Assembly: GCF_000018105.1 (NCBI RefSeq)
Contig: NC_009925.1
Coordinates: 1,530,001-1,562,000 of the forward strand
Length of the DNA stretch: 32,000 nt
Origin: Acaryochloris marina MBIC11017
GTDB lineage: Bacteria > Cyanobacteriota > Cyanobacteriia > Thermosynechococcales > Thermosynechococcaceae
Direction: 5' to 3'
The number at the start of each line of letters is the position of its first letter. The first letter of the stretch is position 1. The position numbers and the translations under genes are program-made. Shown here piece after piece: positions 1 to 9,000 of this stretch. The notes below the pieces were generated by a model. The model worked only from the letters and a program-made list of their open reading frames with translations, did no database searches and had not been told where the DNA came from.

Positions 1-69
1 GACTGGCGGTTCACGACGCAAGATGCCAGGGTCAAATTACACAGACTTTACCCATCAATAAATCTTTGA
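1..69 (+). mobile_element. 3' end of a transposase ORF entering from the left window edge (...DWRFTTQDARVKLHRLYPSINL*)
   Basis: Frame 1 is open from base 1 to the TGA at 67-69. From memory, the W-x-F-T-x-x-D-A-R-x-K-L-x-x-L-Y-P tail is typical of the C-terminus of IS630/Tc1-like DDE transposases common in cyanobacteria. Only 22 codons are visible, and no terminal inverted repeat can be identified. Confidence 0.4.
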
Positions 70-120
70 CGGAATACTAGTAGGTAATACGCAACTTTAG
101 ACTAACCCAACTGTGATGGC

Positions 121-450
121 ATGAGAATCAGTAACAATAAAATATGGGCCAAGGAAGCGATGGCAAACGTTGAAGCCGTGCAGGCGATCTTACGACGTTG
201 GGACCCGATGGACCTGGCCCCCGGTGAATTTGCCCCGGCAGACGAGTACGATAGCTACGCCCCTCAGATTGTGTCGTTGGTTGCACAAGGATGTTCAGTC
301 GAACAGATATTTGACCATCTGCAGAGATTGCGGTCCGGCATGGTTTGTATGAGAGAAAACCCCAAGCATGATAAAGAAATTGCCGGTGAGATAATTGCCA
401 CATTGCGGGGAGACCTAGGAATGGACTTCAATCCATCAGTTAGCCAATGA
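121..450 (+). CDS. small soluble hypothetical protein (109 aa)
   Basis: ATG at 121, TGA at 448-450, with no TM segment or signal peptide. The motif RRWDPMDL...PADEYDSYAPQIVSL resembles, from memory only, small helical DUF1871 or immunity-like proteins. The antisense ORF at 128-403 is judged spurious. Confidence 0.6.
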   Translation: MRISNNKIWAKEAMANVEAVQAILRRWDPMDLAPGEFAPADEYDSYAPQIVSLVAQGCSVEQIFDHLQRLRSGMVCMRENPKHDKEIAGEIIATLRGDLGMDFNPSVSQ

Positions 451-525
451 CTAAATGGTATGGTGCTGCCCTTAGGTCTTATCCATTCAGCAAACTACGG
501 GGCTCAGTCTCTTATTAATCCAGCA

Positions 526-999
526 CTATAAGAAACACCCTACAGGGGTTTTACATACCGAAGCATCTACCACTAGGTCTAACTGATCCAATAACGCTTG
601 CGAACCTGCTGGTGCGTAGGGCGCTAGCAATCGCTCTAGGGTAAATCCCGTATAGGCCATCGTATTCAAACCTTCTGCTTTCAAACGCTTTGCCAGTAAA
701 GCTAAAGCTGATGCTTGCCAAAAGGGTTCTCCTCCGGCAAAGGTCACCCCCTCATTCTTAGGATTGCGAACAATGGTTCGAAACATGCGATCAATCGATA
801 TCAACTCATTGAGTTCAAAGGACCAAGATTGTGGATTTGCACAGTCAGAACAATGACGATGACAGCCTTGTAACCACACTACCGCCCGACAGCCTGGACC
901 ATTCTCTTCCGATGCATCCCAATACCCCATAACGTTCAAATAACCGGGTGGCACTGCAATCAGGGATAGTAAAGGATCTATTTTCTGGGTGGTCTTCAT
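526..999 (-). CDS. NrdG-like radical-SAM activating protein (anaerobic RNR activase family, 4Fe-4S single-cluster domain)
   Basis: 157 aa. GPGCRAVVWLQGC-HRH-C-SD-C gives the CX3CX2C radical-SAM cluster motif in the NrdG-type context. It is followed by GVTFAGGEP (SAM-binding GGE-type motif) and a short C-terminus typical of the small activases. Confidence 0.8.
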   Translation of the reverse strand: MKTTQKIDPLLSLIAVPPGYLNVMGYWDASEENGPGCRAVVWLQGCHRHCSDCANPQSWSFELNELISIDRMFRTIVRNPKNEGVTFAGGEPFWQASALALLAKRLKAEGLNTMAYTGFTLERLLAPYAPAGSQALLDQLDLVVDASVCKTPVGCFL

Positions 1000-1146
1000 G
1001 ATGTTTACTACCGTTATGACGGGTATCTAGGGTTGCGATCGCACCTATCGTTCCTTGCCTCAATCTCCAAAAGAGGGAAGGGCGACCCATACCAGCCGCC
1101 CCAAGCTGTTCATTCAGAGGAGATTGCAGCAACAGGAGTCAAAGTT

Positions 1147-1806
1147 TTAAGATTCAGCAATCAGAGTGGAACTATGAGGGCTGAGGTTAGCCTGCGCTTC
1201 TAGAGACTGGCAGGCCACCATGGTTTTCACATGTTCCATTTCATCGTCCCGAATATTGACAAACACGTCGTATAGGTTATCCACGGCAGGACGACGTTCT
1301 TCGGGAACACGAGCGGACTGGAACTCATCAAACATGTAGAGATCGCCATCGCGATAATAGCTAACGGCTATCTGGGGCGCAGGTTGACCTTTGAGTTCCT
1401 CGGCATGGTCATGCAGAAAAGAATTGTAGGTCTGAAAGGCTTCCTGCTCGACGAGTTCCATGAAATGATAGGCGGAACGGGGTGACACCACATACAGCGC
1501 CACAACAATCCAGTAGTACAGCAACGCCACATGGCGAGCGAGAAACCGATCAATCCACTTTTTATCTCCACCCAACGCTTCCATAATCAGCAGGTGGTGA
1601 AGTTCATTCCAAGACTCCGCAAAATGCACCTTCAGCCAATCAGCCCGTCGCCAAAACCCCAGAGTTTCATAGAAATGCAGCACCGATAGATAGGAAAAAT
1701 AGGGAATTCGAGCCACCGTTTCTAACACATAAAAACGCGGTATAGGACGATCTCGATAGACCGTTTTTAAAACAAAGACGAGCACACCAACCAGTAGTCG
1801 AATCAT
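1147..1806 (-). CDS. ptox: plastoquinol terminal oxidase / alternative oxidase family di-iron protein (PTOX)
   Basis: 219 aa with the di-iron carboxylate ligand motifs of AOX/PTOX: LETVARIPYF, ESWNELHHLLIME, ELVEQEAFQTY, IRDDEMEHVK. Confidence 0.9.
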   Translation of the reverse strand: MIRLLVGVLVFVLKTVYRDRPIPRFYVLETVARIPYFSYLSVLHFYETLGFWRRADWLKVHFAESWNELHHLLIMEALGGDKKWIDRFLARHVALLYYWIVVALYVVSPRSAYHFMELVEQEAFQTYNSFLHDHAEELKGQPAPQIAVSYYRDGDLYMFDEFQSARVPEERRPAVDNLYDVFVNIRDDEMEHVKTMVACQSLEAQANLSPHSSTLIAES

Positions 1807-1867
1807 GTCTAAGGGTTCCCTCTAGCTACTGCTTGCATCCTGACTGATCCCTCCTAGAGCGGCAAGA

Positions 1868-1900
1868 TAGTTACCTAAAGGTATACCTAGTTACCTAAAG
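1868..1900. promoter_or_regulatory. candidate operator: array of TACCT half-sites in the PTOX/HxlR divergent intergenic region
   Basis: A 13-bp direct repeat TAGTTACCTAAAG occurs at 1868-1880 and 1888-1900, a 20-bp phase. TACCT lies at 1872-1876, 1884-1888 and 1892-1896, and AGGTA at 1879-1883. These give inverted repeats TACCTaaAGGTA and the perfect palindrome AGGTATACCT (1879-1888). Confidence 0.4.
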
Positions 1901-2030
1901 TAAAAAGCTAGCGTCCGATCTATCCTTGACGGACTTCTGAACGAATTCTTAAATTTTGGATAATCTGTCCCCTATCCCTTGACGTCCCCTCTAGAACCGT
2001 CAGGATGGAAGTGTACTGCCCCTGGGGTGA

Positions 2031-2396
2031 ATGATGGACGATACCCAAAACTGTCTCAGCTCCTGCTGTCCGATTGAATATACCTTGGATAGAATTGGCG
2101 GCAAGTGGTCTATTCCCATTTTGCGAGAACTGTTTAGCGGTCCCCAACGCACCCATCAACTCCAATCTGCATTACCTGGCATCAGTACCAAAACCCTGAT
2201 GGTACGTCTACGGGATTTAGAGGATCATGGCCTAGTCGAGCGGCAAGTGTTTGCAGAGGTTCCCTTGCATGTGGAATATTCCATCACCAACAAGGGGCGA
2301 CAGATTCAACCTGTTTTAGCCGCCCTCTATCAAGTTGGACAGCAATGGCTGCAGCAGGAAGAGTGCCATTGTCCCTTAAACGAAAAGGTAGGCTAG
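2031..2396 (+). CDS. HxlR (DUF24/MarR-like) family transcriptional regulator
   Basis: 121 aa. CPIEYTLDRIGGKWSIPILRELF...THQLQSALPGISTKTLMVRLRDLEDHGLVERQVF..VPLHVEYSITNKG is the HxlR winged-helix signature. A Cys-rich N-terminus (CLSSCC) lies at the position of the redox-sensing Cys in YodB/HypR-type members. Confidence 0.9.
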   Translation: MMDDTQNCLSSCCPIEYTLDRIGGKWSIPILRELFSGPQRTHQLQSALPGISTKTLMVRLRDLEDHGLVERQVFAEVPLHVEYSITNKGRQIQPVLAALYQVGQQWLQQEECHCPLNEKVG

Positions 2397-2426
2397 CTCT
2401 CTCAAGTCGATGACTGCGGGTAAAGC

Positions 2427-3395
2427 CTACAAATCGCTCTTGGGAATCTCTTCTTTAAAGTCAACGACTAACTGCATGGCTTCTAACACCAAGGCCCGTA
2501 AATCCTGGGTTAGGGGAACCTTTGCCTGGTCTCCAAACCAGCGATCAAACGTCTCCACATAGGATGCTTTACCTTGCAAATACCCTTGCATAAAGCGCAC
2601 TAACGAATAATTAACTTGATCGGCAAACTTAGAGTTATTCTCAGGCATCATGCAGGCAATCCCTTCTTTGGAAAAATACCCGATAATATTGAATGCGCTA
2701 GGATTTTTAGCCGTTTGCAGCCAAGCATCCAATAGAATGCCATCGGCGGCAAAAGCATCCACTTTACCCTGCTGAAGGGCGTCATATCCTTCCCCATGAT
2801 TTTTTACAATCACGATTTGGGCTTGCGGCTGAGCTCGACGGATGGCCGTTTCATTGGTGGTGGCTGCAAGGGCCGCAATTTTCTTATTTGCTAGGTCAGG
2901 GGTTTCCCACGCTGCATTTTCCTGCTTTACGAGCAGGCGAGTACCCGTCAGGCCATAGCTCACAGAGAAGTCAATTTGCTTATCCCGCTCCCAAGTATAG
3001 CTACTGGCATCACAAACGATATCCACCTTCCCTTGGACTAGTTTAGGAATCCGGTCTTCGGGATTGATGGCAACCAGCTGTAACTGAACCTCTCGCCCTA
3101 GCTCTTTGGTCAACTGATCTTTGATCAATTGCAGCATCTCAATCGAGTAGCCTTGTAATTGCCCTTGCTCATCTGCAAAGGCAAAAGGTTGCGCTTCTTG
3201 GCTAGTCCCAGCCGTTAACTGCCCCGTACGCTGCACTTTCTCCAACACTGATTCGGCAGCAGCAAACGGTGCTCCTAAGTAGGTGAACAGAATCGTCAGG
3301 ATAGCGATTGTTTTTGGCCGCCTGAGCAGGCTCGGTCGGCACGGGGAAGAAGGAGAAGCGTCACTCTCGGAGGGGCTAAGATTGCCTAGTTTCAT
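2427..3395 (-). CDS. amino-acid ABC transporter substrate-binding protein (family 3 SBP)
   Basis: 322 aa. Hydrophobic signal/anchor TIAILTILFTYLGAPFAAAES, then SBP_bac_3-like blocks (AGTSQEAQPFAF, GYSIEMLQLI, DIVCDASSYTWERDKQIDFSVSY, VDAFAADGILL). No permease or ATPase gene is adjacent. Confidence 0.85.
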   Translation of the reverse strand: MKLGNLSPSESDASPSSPCRPSLLRRPKTIAILTILFTYLGAPFAAAESVLEKVQRTGQLTAGTSQEAQPFAFADEQGQLQGYSIEMLQLIKDQLTKELGREVQLQLVAINPEDRIPKLVQGKVDIVCDASSYTWERDKQIDFSVSYGLTGTRLLVKQENAAWETPDLANKKIAALAATTNETAIRRAQPQAQIVIVKNHGEGYDALQQGKVDAFAADGILLDAWLQTAKNPSAFNIIGYFSKEGIACMMPENNSKFADQVNYSLVRFMQGYLQGKASYVETFDRWFGDQAKVPLTQDLRALVLEAMQLVVDFKEEIPKSDL

Positions 3396-3604
3396 AGGGG
3401 AAGACGGTATTAGTATAGGATTTTCAAAGCTGAGTCAAATCAACAAAGCTAGTGCAGATGCGTTAAAGAGTGCATCCATAAGCGACACATCTGCCAGAGA
3501 TTCCAATGAACCTTGAACGCTAAACTACCAGCAATACCTGAGCTTGAGAAGGCAAACGTCATGTTCTGTTACGAGGCTGTTGCTGCCTTAGCAATGACTG
3601 AGTC

Positions 3605-3634
3605 AAAAAAAAGCACACTTGAGTTAAGTGTGCT
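3605..3634 (-). terminator. Rho-independent terminator (minus strand)
   Basis: The minus strand reads AGCACACTT-aactc-AAGTGTGCT followed by TTTTTTTT. The perfect 9-bp stem spans 3612-3620/3626-3634, the loop is 5 nt, and the U8 tract spans 3605-3612. There is no U tract in the plus orientation. Confidence 0.65.
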
Positions 3635-4572
3635 GAATGGAGTTCACGTAAGAGATGTGTTGGTTGGTGCAAGCTCCTTTATTATACATAGATTTATATA
3701 TATCTTCAATCATGAATAGATTTATTTTAATCTATCAATAATCTAAACGTTTCTTGACTTTGACTGTTGTCGAGATAGACGGCAGTGGCTCCAAATGGCT
3801 TCTCTGTCTAGCTTTTGGCCACTCATGGACAAACAGAGCACCACTTCATCCCAGCAAGCAGCTTCGAACAGATGATCTGTCCCTAAAATTTGCTCAGCAC
3901 CTTGCTGCTTGATACCAATTACGGTTTTGCCGATGCAAACCCCTAAATTGCCAACCCCCGGCAAGATTTCAATGGCGGTTCTAGGGGCTATCAGCTAAGT
4001 CGTTTGAGCATCATTTCGATAACCAAAAATCCACAGTTGTTGTGGCGGTCGAGTTTTGGCCAAGCTTTGGTAGAAACTAGCAGGAATGTGGGACTTTATG
4101 GTCACAAATAGAAGTATCAAACACAGAAATACAATATTATTTACTGCCAATACAAATTGCCAGCAGAATTCAAAGCAATATGCGGATGCAACAAATCAAG
4201 ACTTCATTGCAGATCGCAGCAGTGTGCTACTACCCAATTGATAGCAATCCCTATCTAACTCACCTACAACAGGGTGAAATCCAAAAATCTTGACTCAGCT
4301 AATTAATAGTCGTTATCAATAATTAGTCTTTTAGGGTCTCCACTTTTTAGACTGTCTTAACGAACTCATGCCAATTCAAACCCCTGAAATACCCTCACCA
4401 CAATTAATTCATAGGAAGCCTAAGTTGTAGAGGCCCTATGACAATGAATAATATTTTTGATTTAAATCAAAAAATTACTTATTCTATTTGCTTCTAATAG
4501 TTGCAGTAAGCCGTATTTATGACTGATGATTGATCTCAATAGCAGTTCTTAAAAAGCAGCCCCAGTAGCCCT

Positions 4573-5490
4573 ATGACCCTCGATAATCGCCAAGATGTGC
4601 GCAATGTGCTCGTCACAGTCTTGTTTTTAAATGTGACGGTGATGTTAATTAAGGCCGGACTCGGATGGTGGACTGGGTCCCTTAGCTTATTTGCCGATGC
4701 CCTCCATAGCATTACGGATAGTGCCAATAATGTCCTGGGATTGACGATGAATCGGTTGGCATCCCCTGAACCGGATCGAGAACATCCCTATGGACATCAA
4801 AAATTTGATGCCATCGGCGCATTAGGTATTGCTGCATTTTTAGGAATTGCCTGCTTTGAAATTTTAGAAGGGGCGGTGGGACACCTCTTCAACCATGAGT
4901 CTCCCGTGGAGATGTCTCCCCAAGTCTTAGAGCTATTGCTGGTGGTGTTGGGCATCAATATTGTGGTGGCGGTGTACGAACGCCGCGTGGGTGAGCGGGT
5001 TGGCAGCAGTATTCTGCTATCGGATGCCCAACATACAATGAGCGATATTTGGGTGACGGCCATGGTCATGCTTGGCCTGGTTGGCGTGGGGTTGGGCTAT
5101 CAGTGGGTTGATGTGTTGCTGGCCTTTCCCGTTTGTATTTTGGTGTTTGCCAGTGGCTGGTCAGTACTGCAGCGCAATCTGCCCTGGTTAGTAGATGAAA
5201 TGGCCATTGCCCCAGAAGCCATCCATGACGCCGTTATTAATGTGCCTGGCGTACTCAACTGCCACGATATTGCTTCTCGGGGGTTGTTGGGACGTCAAGC
5301 TTTTATCGAAATGCACTTGGTGGTTGATTCAGATAGTGTTGAAGTGGCCCATAACATCACAGAAGAGGTGGAATCGATTCTGGATGAAAAGTATGCTCCT
5401 GTCCGGGCCACCATTCACATTGAGCCCCGGTCTTATTCCTCCGAACAAATTAGTTTTGGTGAAGTACCTGCCACAGAGCAAGGTGTCTAA
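4573..5490 (+). CDS. cation diffusion facilitator (CDF) family divalent-metal efflux transporter
   Basis: 305 aa with about 6 TM helices. CDF metal-site motifs HSITDSANNVLGL (TM2) and HTMSDIWVT (TM5), plus a C-terminal cytoplasmic domain (HDIASRG...FIEMHLVVDSD...HIEP). Confidence 0.9.
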   Translation: MTLDNRQDVRNVLVTVLFLNVTVMLIKAGLGWWTGSLSLFADALHSITDSANNVLGLTMNRLASPEPDREHPYGHQKFDAIGALGIAAFLGIACFEILEGAVGHLFNHESPVEMSPQVLELLLVVLGINIVVAVYERRVGERVGSSILLSDAQHTMSDIWVTAMVMLGLVGVGLGYQWVDVLLAFPVCILVFASGWSVLQRNLPWLVDEMAIAPEAIHDAVINVPGVLNCHDIASRGLLGRQAFIEMHLVVDSDSVEVAHNITEEVESILDEKYAPVRATIHIEPRSYSSEQISFGEVPATEQGV

Positions 5491-5629
5491 TTGGAAGAGT
5501 TTGGGGATTGACTTAAGGCGATCTCAATCCAGTATCGTCACATGGTGATCTGCGATCGCAATTTTCCTCAGCATGGTTGAACGATTTCAATCCCTGACAA
5601 TTCACGCAATTTGATAATGGATACTATGG

Positions 5630-8377
5630 CTATGCCTTCCCTTTGAGAGACAAGGCGTTATCAACCAAGTCAGCAATTTGATCGAATTGAAACCCGCTAA
5701 ATAGCTTCATTAGCTTCTTAGTCAACCTGGGATTGTCAGCAGTAATGTCCGCTATTTTTTGACTCACTAATTCCTCATCCAGTTCCACCGCTGCTTGTTG
5801 AAATTGAGTTAGCCATTCTTCAGTCCGTTGCGATAACTGCAATTCTGCTTCTCGATCTCTCATCAACGGTGAATCCCCATCACCAGATGCCGCAACGGTC
5901 TGCCCCTGATTACCATACAAGAACTTCAAATTCAGATGTTGGACCAGAAGCTCGTATAACATACTGGGTTGATAAGGTTTGCATAGAAAATCATCACAGC
6001 CCACGTCTTCGCATTCAGCTTGAGTATCTTCAAAGACACTAGCAGAGACCGCAATAATGATGGTTCTTTCAGGCAACCGATCCGTAATCTCAACAGCATT
6101 TTGTGAAGCAAGATCGCCAGCATCCTGATCTTGAGCTTCTAAGGAGCGAATAGCTTTCGTTGCTTCATATCCATTCAGGATCGGTAGTTGCCAATCCATC
6201 CAAATCATATGAGGACGCCAAGTTTGCCAGCACTCTACCGCGGCTTGGCCATTGTCGACGGTTTGCACCTCAAATCCCAACTCCGTCATCAGTCGCTTTA
6301 GGATCTGACGGTTTTCTGGATTATCTTCGACGATCAGCATTCGGATCGGTGCTTGGTCAGGAGCAAGACCAATAACATTCGCATAGGCAGAGTCTTCAAC
6401 AGCCTTCACTTCTGGGATCAATACAGGAATCTGCACAGATACTGTTGTTCCTTGCCCCAGCTGACTCTGGATCTGAATATCGCCTTCCATCAGGTGGATA
6501 AAGTGATGACAAATCGCTAGGCCCAACCCCGTTCCTTCATGTGAGCGTCGCCCCGATGAGGTTTGGATAAAGGCTTCAAAAATATGATCGAGTTCATTGT
6601 TCGCTATGCCAATTCCCGTATCTTCGACGTCAAAGCATAAAGAGAGACTCGGTTGAAGTGTCTCCTGATTTAGCGAAAAGGGTGCAGGTAAGGGTTGGGT
6701 AAAAACTCTCAGAGTAACGGAGCCAACATCTGTAAACTTCAAGGCGTTGGTCAACAGATTAATCAATACTTGCCGAAGCCTGCTTTCATCAACACGGATA
6801 TGAGACGGTAATTGGCTTGATTTTTGAATGTTCAGCACTAACCCTTTCGACTTGGCCTTTAAAGCAAACATTTCTTGCAAGGAATCTAGCAAGGGGAGCA
6901 GGTCACAGTTTTTGGGATTGAGGGCAATTTTTCCTGCTTCTATCTTGGACATGTCCAACACATCATTGATCAAACTCAGTAGATGGGAACCACTCCGATT
7001 AATAGTATTGAGAGTTTGTTTTTGTTCAAGAGTTAGGTTTTCATCCCGCGCTAACAGTTGGCTAAACCCCAAAATGGCATTCAGCGGCGTTCTCAACTCA
7101 TGACTCATATTGGCTAAAAAAGCACTTTTAGCTTTATTTGCTGCTTCTGCTTTATCTCTGGACTCTCGGACCTGCTTTAATAACTCTGCCTGTTGCAATG
7201 CCACACCGAGCTGAGCCCCTGCCTGCTTTAAGAGGTAAAGTTCGACTTTATGCCATTGACGTGGGACGTTAAGCTGATAGGCTGCCAGCAATCCCCATAA
7301 GGTTTCTCCAATGAAAACAGGAACAACCATATAGGCACGAATCTTGTACCATTCCAAAATCTCTAAATGGCAGTCTCTATAAGATTCTTGGTAAATGTCA
7401 GCTACAACTGTAGTAGCATTATCTCGGTACTTTCCCCCTTGGTTTTCTTGCAAATAAGTATCCTGCCAAACCATTGGCACCTCTAATTCTGAGAGGGGCA
7501 GGATGTTAGGGGCAGTTGCTTCAACGAGAAATTCTCCAGACCAATCAGGAAAAAATTTGTAGACGACGACGCGATCGCATCCCAAAGACTCCCGCACATC
7601 ATGGGTCGTCGCCCGAAAAATATCTTGAATATCTAAACTTTGCCGAATACGCAGAATAATCTCAGCAATATTACGCTCATACTTTGCTTTCCAAGCCTCC
7701 TGCTCCTTTTGGATCTCAACCTGCTGTAGAGCAAGTTGTAATTGCTGAGACTTTTCCAAGGCATGCTCATATAATTTTGCCTGCTTTAGCGCAATGCTGA
7801 GCTGAGTTGCCAGTTGCTGGACAAACTCAATCTCAGTCGGTAACCAGACACGAGGCCCTGAGCACTGATGAATACATAAAAATCCCCATAATGTATCCCC
7901 TTGAAGCATCGGAACCACCAATGTTGCCCGTACTTCAAACCGCGCATAAATTTGAATATGAAACTCACTCAATCCCGCTTTATAAACATCTTCAATGGCA
8001 AACACCTGTCCTAACTGATACCTAGAAACAGGATTCAGCCCCAAAGACTCTTCACGAACTTGAGCCGAAACGACAGAACAAAAGACGGGTAAAACCCTCT
8101 CTGCAACAAATACACCTTCTGTATAGTTAGATTCAGGATCAAGCCGAAATATCGCGACGCGATCTGCTTTTAATATGTTCTGAATTTTATCGACAGCAAT
8201 CTGAAAGATAGTATTGGTATCAAGGTTCTGTTGAATTTCATTCGTTACCTCTCTCAACAAAGTAGAATGCTGTAGCAGCATTTCGAGCTTTGCATCGCGA
8301 CTTGGAGTATGGTCTTCTTCTGTAAAACCATTTTGATGGCATGAGCAGGGCGGATGAAAAGGTTTCGGTTCAGTCAC
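5630..8377 (-). CDS. hybrid sensor histidine kinase (GAF-GAF-HisKA-HATPase-REC with helical C-terminal tail)
   Basis: 915 aa. Two GAF-like modules (about aa 40-200 and 240-400) are separated by coiled coils. H-box FLANMSHELRTPLNAILGF. ATPase boxes LINLLTNALKFT, DTGIGI, GTGLGLAI. Receiver MLIVEDNPENRQIL...IWMDWQLPILNGYEA...DDFLCKP. The last roughly 90 aa are helical, with no HxxKG Hpt motif seen. Confidence 0.9.
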   Translation of the reverse strand: MTEPKPFHPPCSCHQNGFTEEDHTPSRDAKLEMLLQHSTLLREVTNEIQQNLDTNTIFQIAVDKIQNILKADRVAIFRLDPESNYTEGVFVAERVLPVFCSVVSAQVREESLGLNPVSRYQLGQVFAIEDVYKAGLSEFHIQIYARFEVRATLVVPMLQGDTLWGFLCIHQCSGPRVWLPTEIEFVQQLATQLSIALKQAKLYEHALEKSQQLQLALQQVEIQKEQEAWKAKYERNIAEIILRIRQSLDIQDIFRATTHDVRESLGCDRVVVYKFFPDWSGEFLVEATAPNILPLSELEVPMVWQDTYLQENQGGKYRDNATTVVADIYQESYRDCHLEILEWYKIRAYMVVPVFIGETLWGLLAAYQLNVPRQWHKVELYLLKQAGAQLGVALQQAELLKQVRESRDKAEAANKAKSAFLANMSHELRTPLNAILGFSQLLARDENLTLEQKQTLNTINRSGSHLLSLINDVLDMSKIEAGKIALNPKNCDLLPLLDSLQEMFALKAKSKGLVLNIQKSSQLPSHIRVDESRLRQVLINLLTNALKFTDVGSVTLRVFTQPLPAPFSLNQETLQPSLSLCFDVEDTGIGIANNELDHIFEAFIQTSSGRRSHEGTGLGLAICHHFIHLMEGDIQIQSQLGQGTTVSVQIPVLIPEVKAVEDSAYANVIGLAPDQAPIRMLIVEDNPENRQILKRLMTELGFEVQTVDNGQAAVECWQTWRPHMIWMDWQLPILNGYEATKAIRSLEAQDQDAGDLASQNAVEITDRLPERTIIIAVSASVFEDTQAECEDVGCDDFLCKPYQPSMLYELLVQHLNLKFLYGNQGQTVAASGDGDSPLMRDREAELQLSQRTEEWLTQFQQAAVELDEELVSQKIADITADNPRLTKKLMKLFSGFQFDQIADLVDNALSLKGKA

Positions 8378-9000
8378 TTTAGGTAAAGCTCTAGCAAAGA
8401 CTTTTACGACTTAAGATAGCTTAAACCCCTCAATCATGATTACACTAATCCTGACTAAAGGGTTCAAAAATCCAGAGTGAATAAACCTATATTGCCCATA
8501 ATTTTAACCGACAGTTTTAGTTATCAAGTATGGTGTCTAACTCTAGAAAATAAAAAATCTATGATAAAGATTATTATTAAAATTACTACGGTCAATTAAA
8601 AAATCTATTTGTGATTTACTCATTAAAATCAGCGAACAATCTATGCATAGCATTAAAATCCAAAGGTTCGCCTGTTCATATAATGCCAGGTAGTTAAAGA
8701 TTTTATCGAAAGTATTTTCGATGAAATCTTATTCTTATATCTTCAATAAACCAAGTTTCTTGTTCCAGGAATTGAGAACTATATGAGGCTTAGCTATCGG
8801 CTGCTTTTTGCTGATAGCTTTGTGCTTTATACAGTTTCTTTAGAGAAAGATAAAACTGAATCATTTCATGAACAAACGTTAGAATAAAAAATTACCAAGC
8901 ATTACCTCTGTTTTTTTGAGGTTATTTACTATTCAAACATCTAATATCTAGAATATGAAGTGCTTGCAGTAGAAACAAAAAGCGTTTTAATCCCATTCAA

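Noticed and set aside
845-1132. 95-aa minus-strand ORF overlapping the 5' end of the activase gene. Similar internal or antisense ORFs occur at 128-403, 170-352, 1368-1571, 1920-2165, 4536-4727, 4797-5069, 5195-5548, 11376-11774 and 11592-11810, among others.
   Set aside because: Each is nested in or antisense to a longer ORF that has clear family motifs. None has motifs of its own.
3283-3719. Plus-strand ORFs 3283-3516 (77 aa) and 3513-3719 (68 aa).
   Set aside because: The first overlaps the 5' end of the substrate-binding protein gene in antisense. The second runs through the minus-strand terminator hairpin and AT-rich sequence. The composition is implausible and there are no motifs.
3743-3964. 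73-aa minus-strand ORF with a TTG start.
   Set aside because: It has no recognisable family and a non-ATG start immediately after an in-frame TAG. The neighbouring frame carries a second short fragment. I treat it as a possible gene remnant (see finding) rather than annotating a CDS.
5505-5530. Hairpin GGATTGA-n12-TCAATCC between the convergent CDF and histidine kinase genes, considered as a terminator.
   Set aside because: It has only a 7-bp AT-rich stem, a 12-nt loop and no U tract on either side. That is too weak to call.
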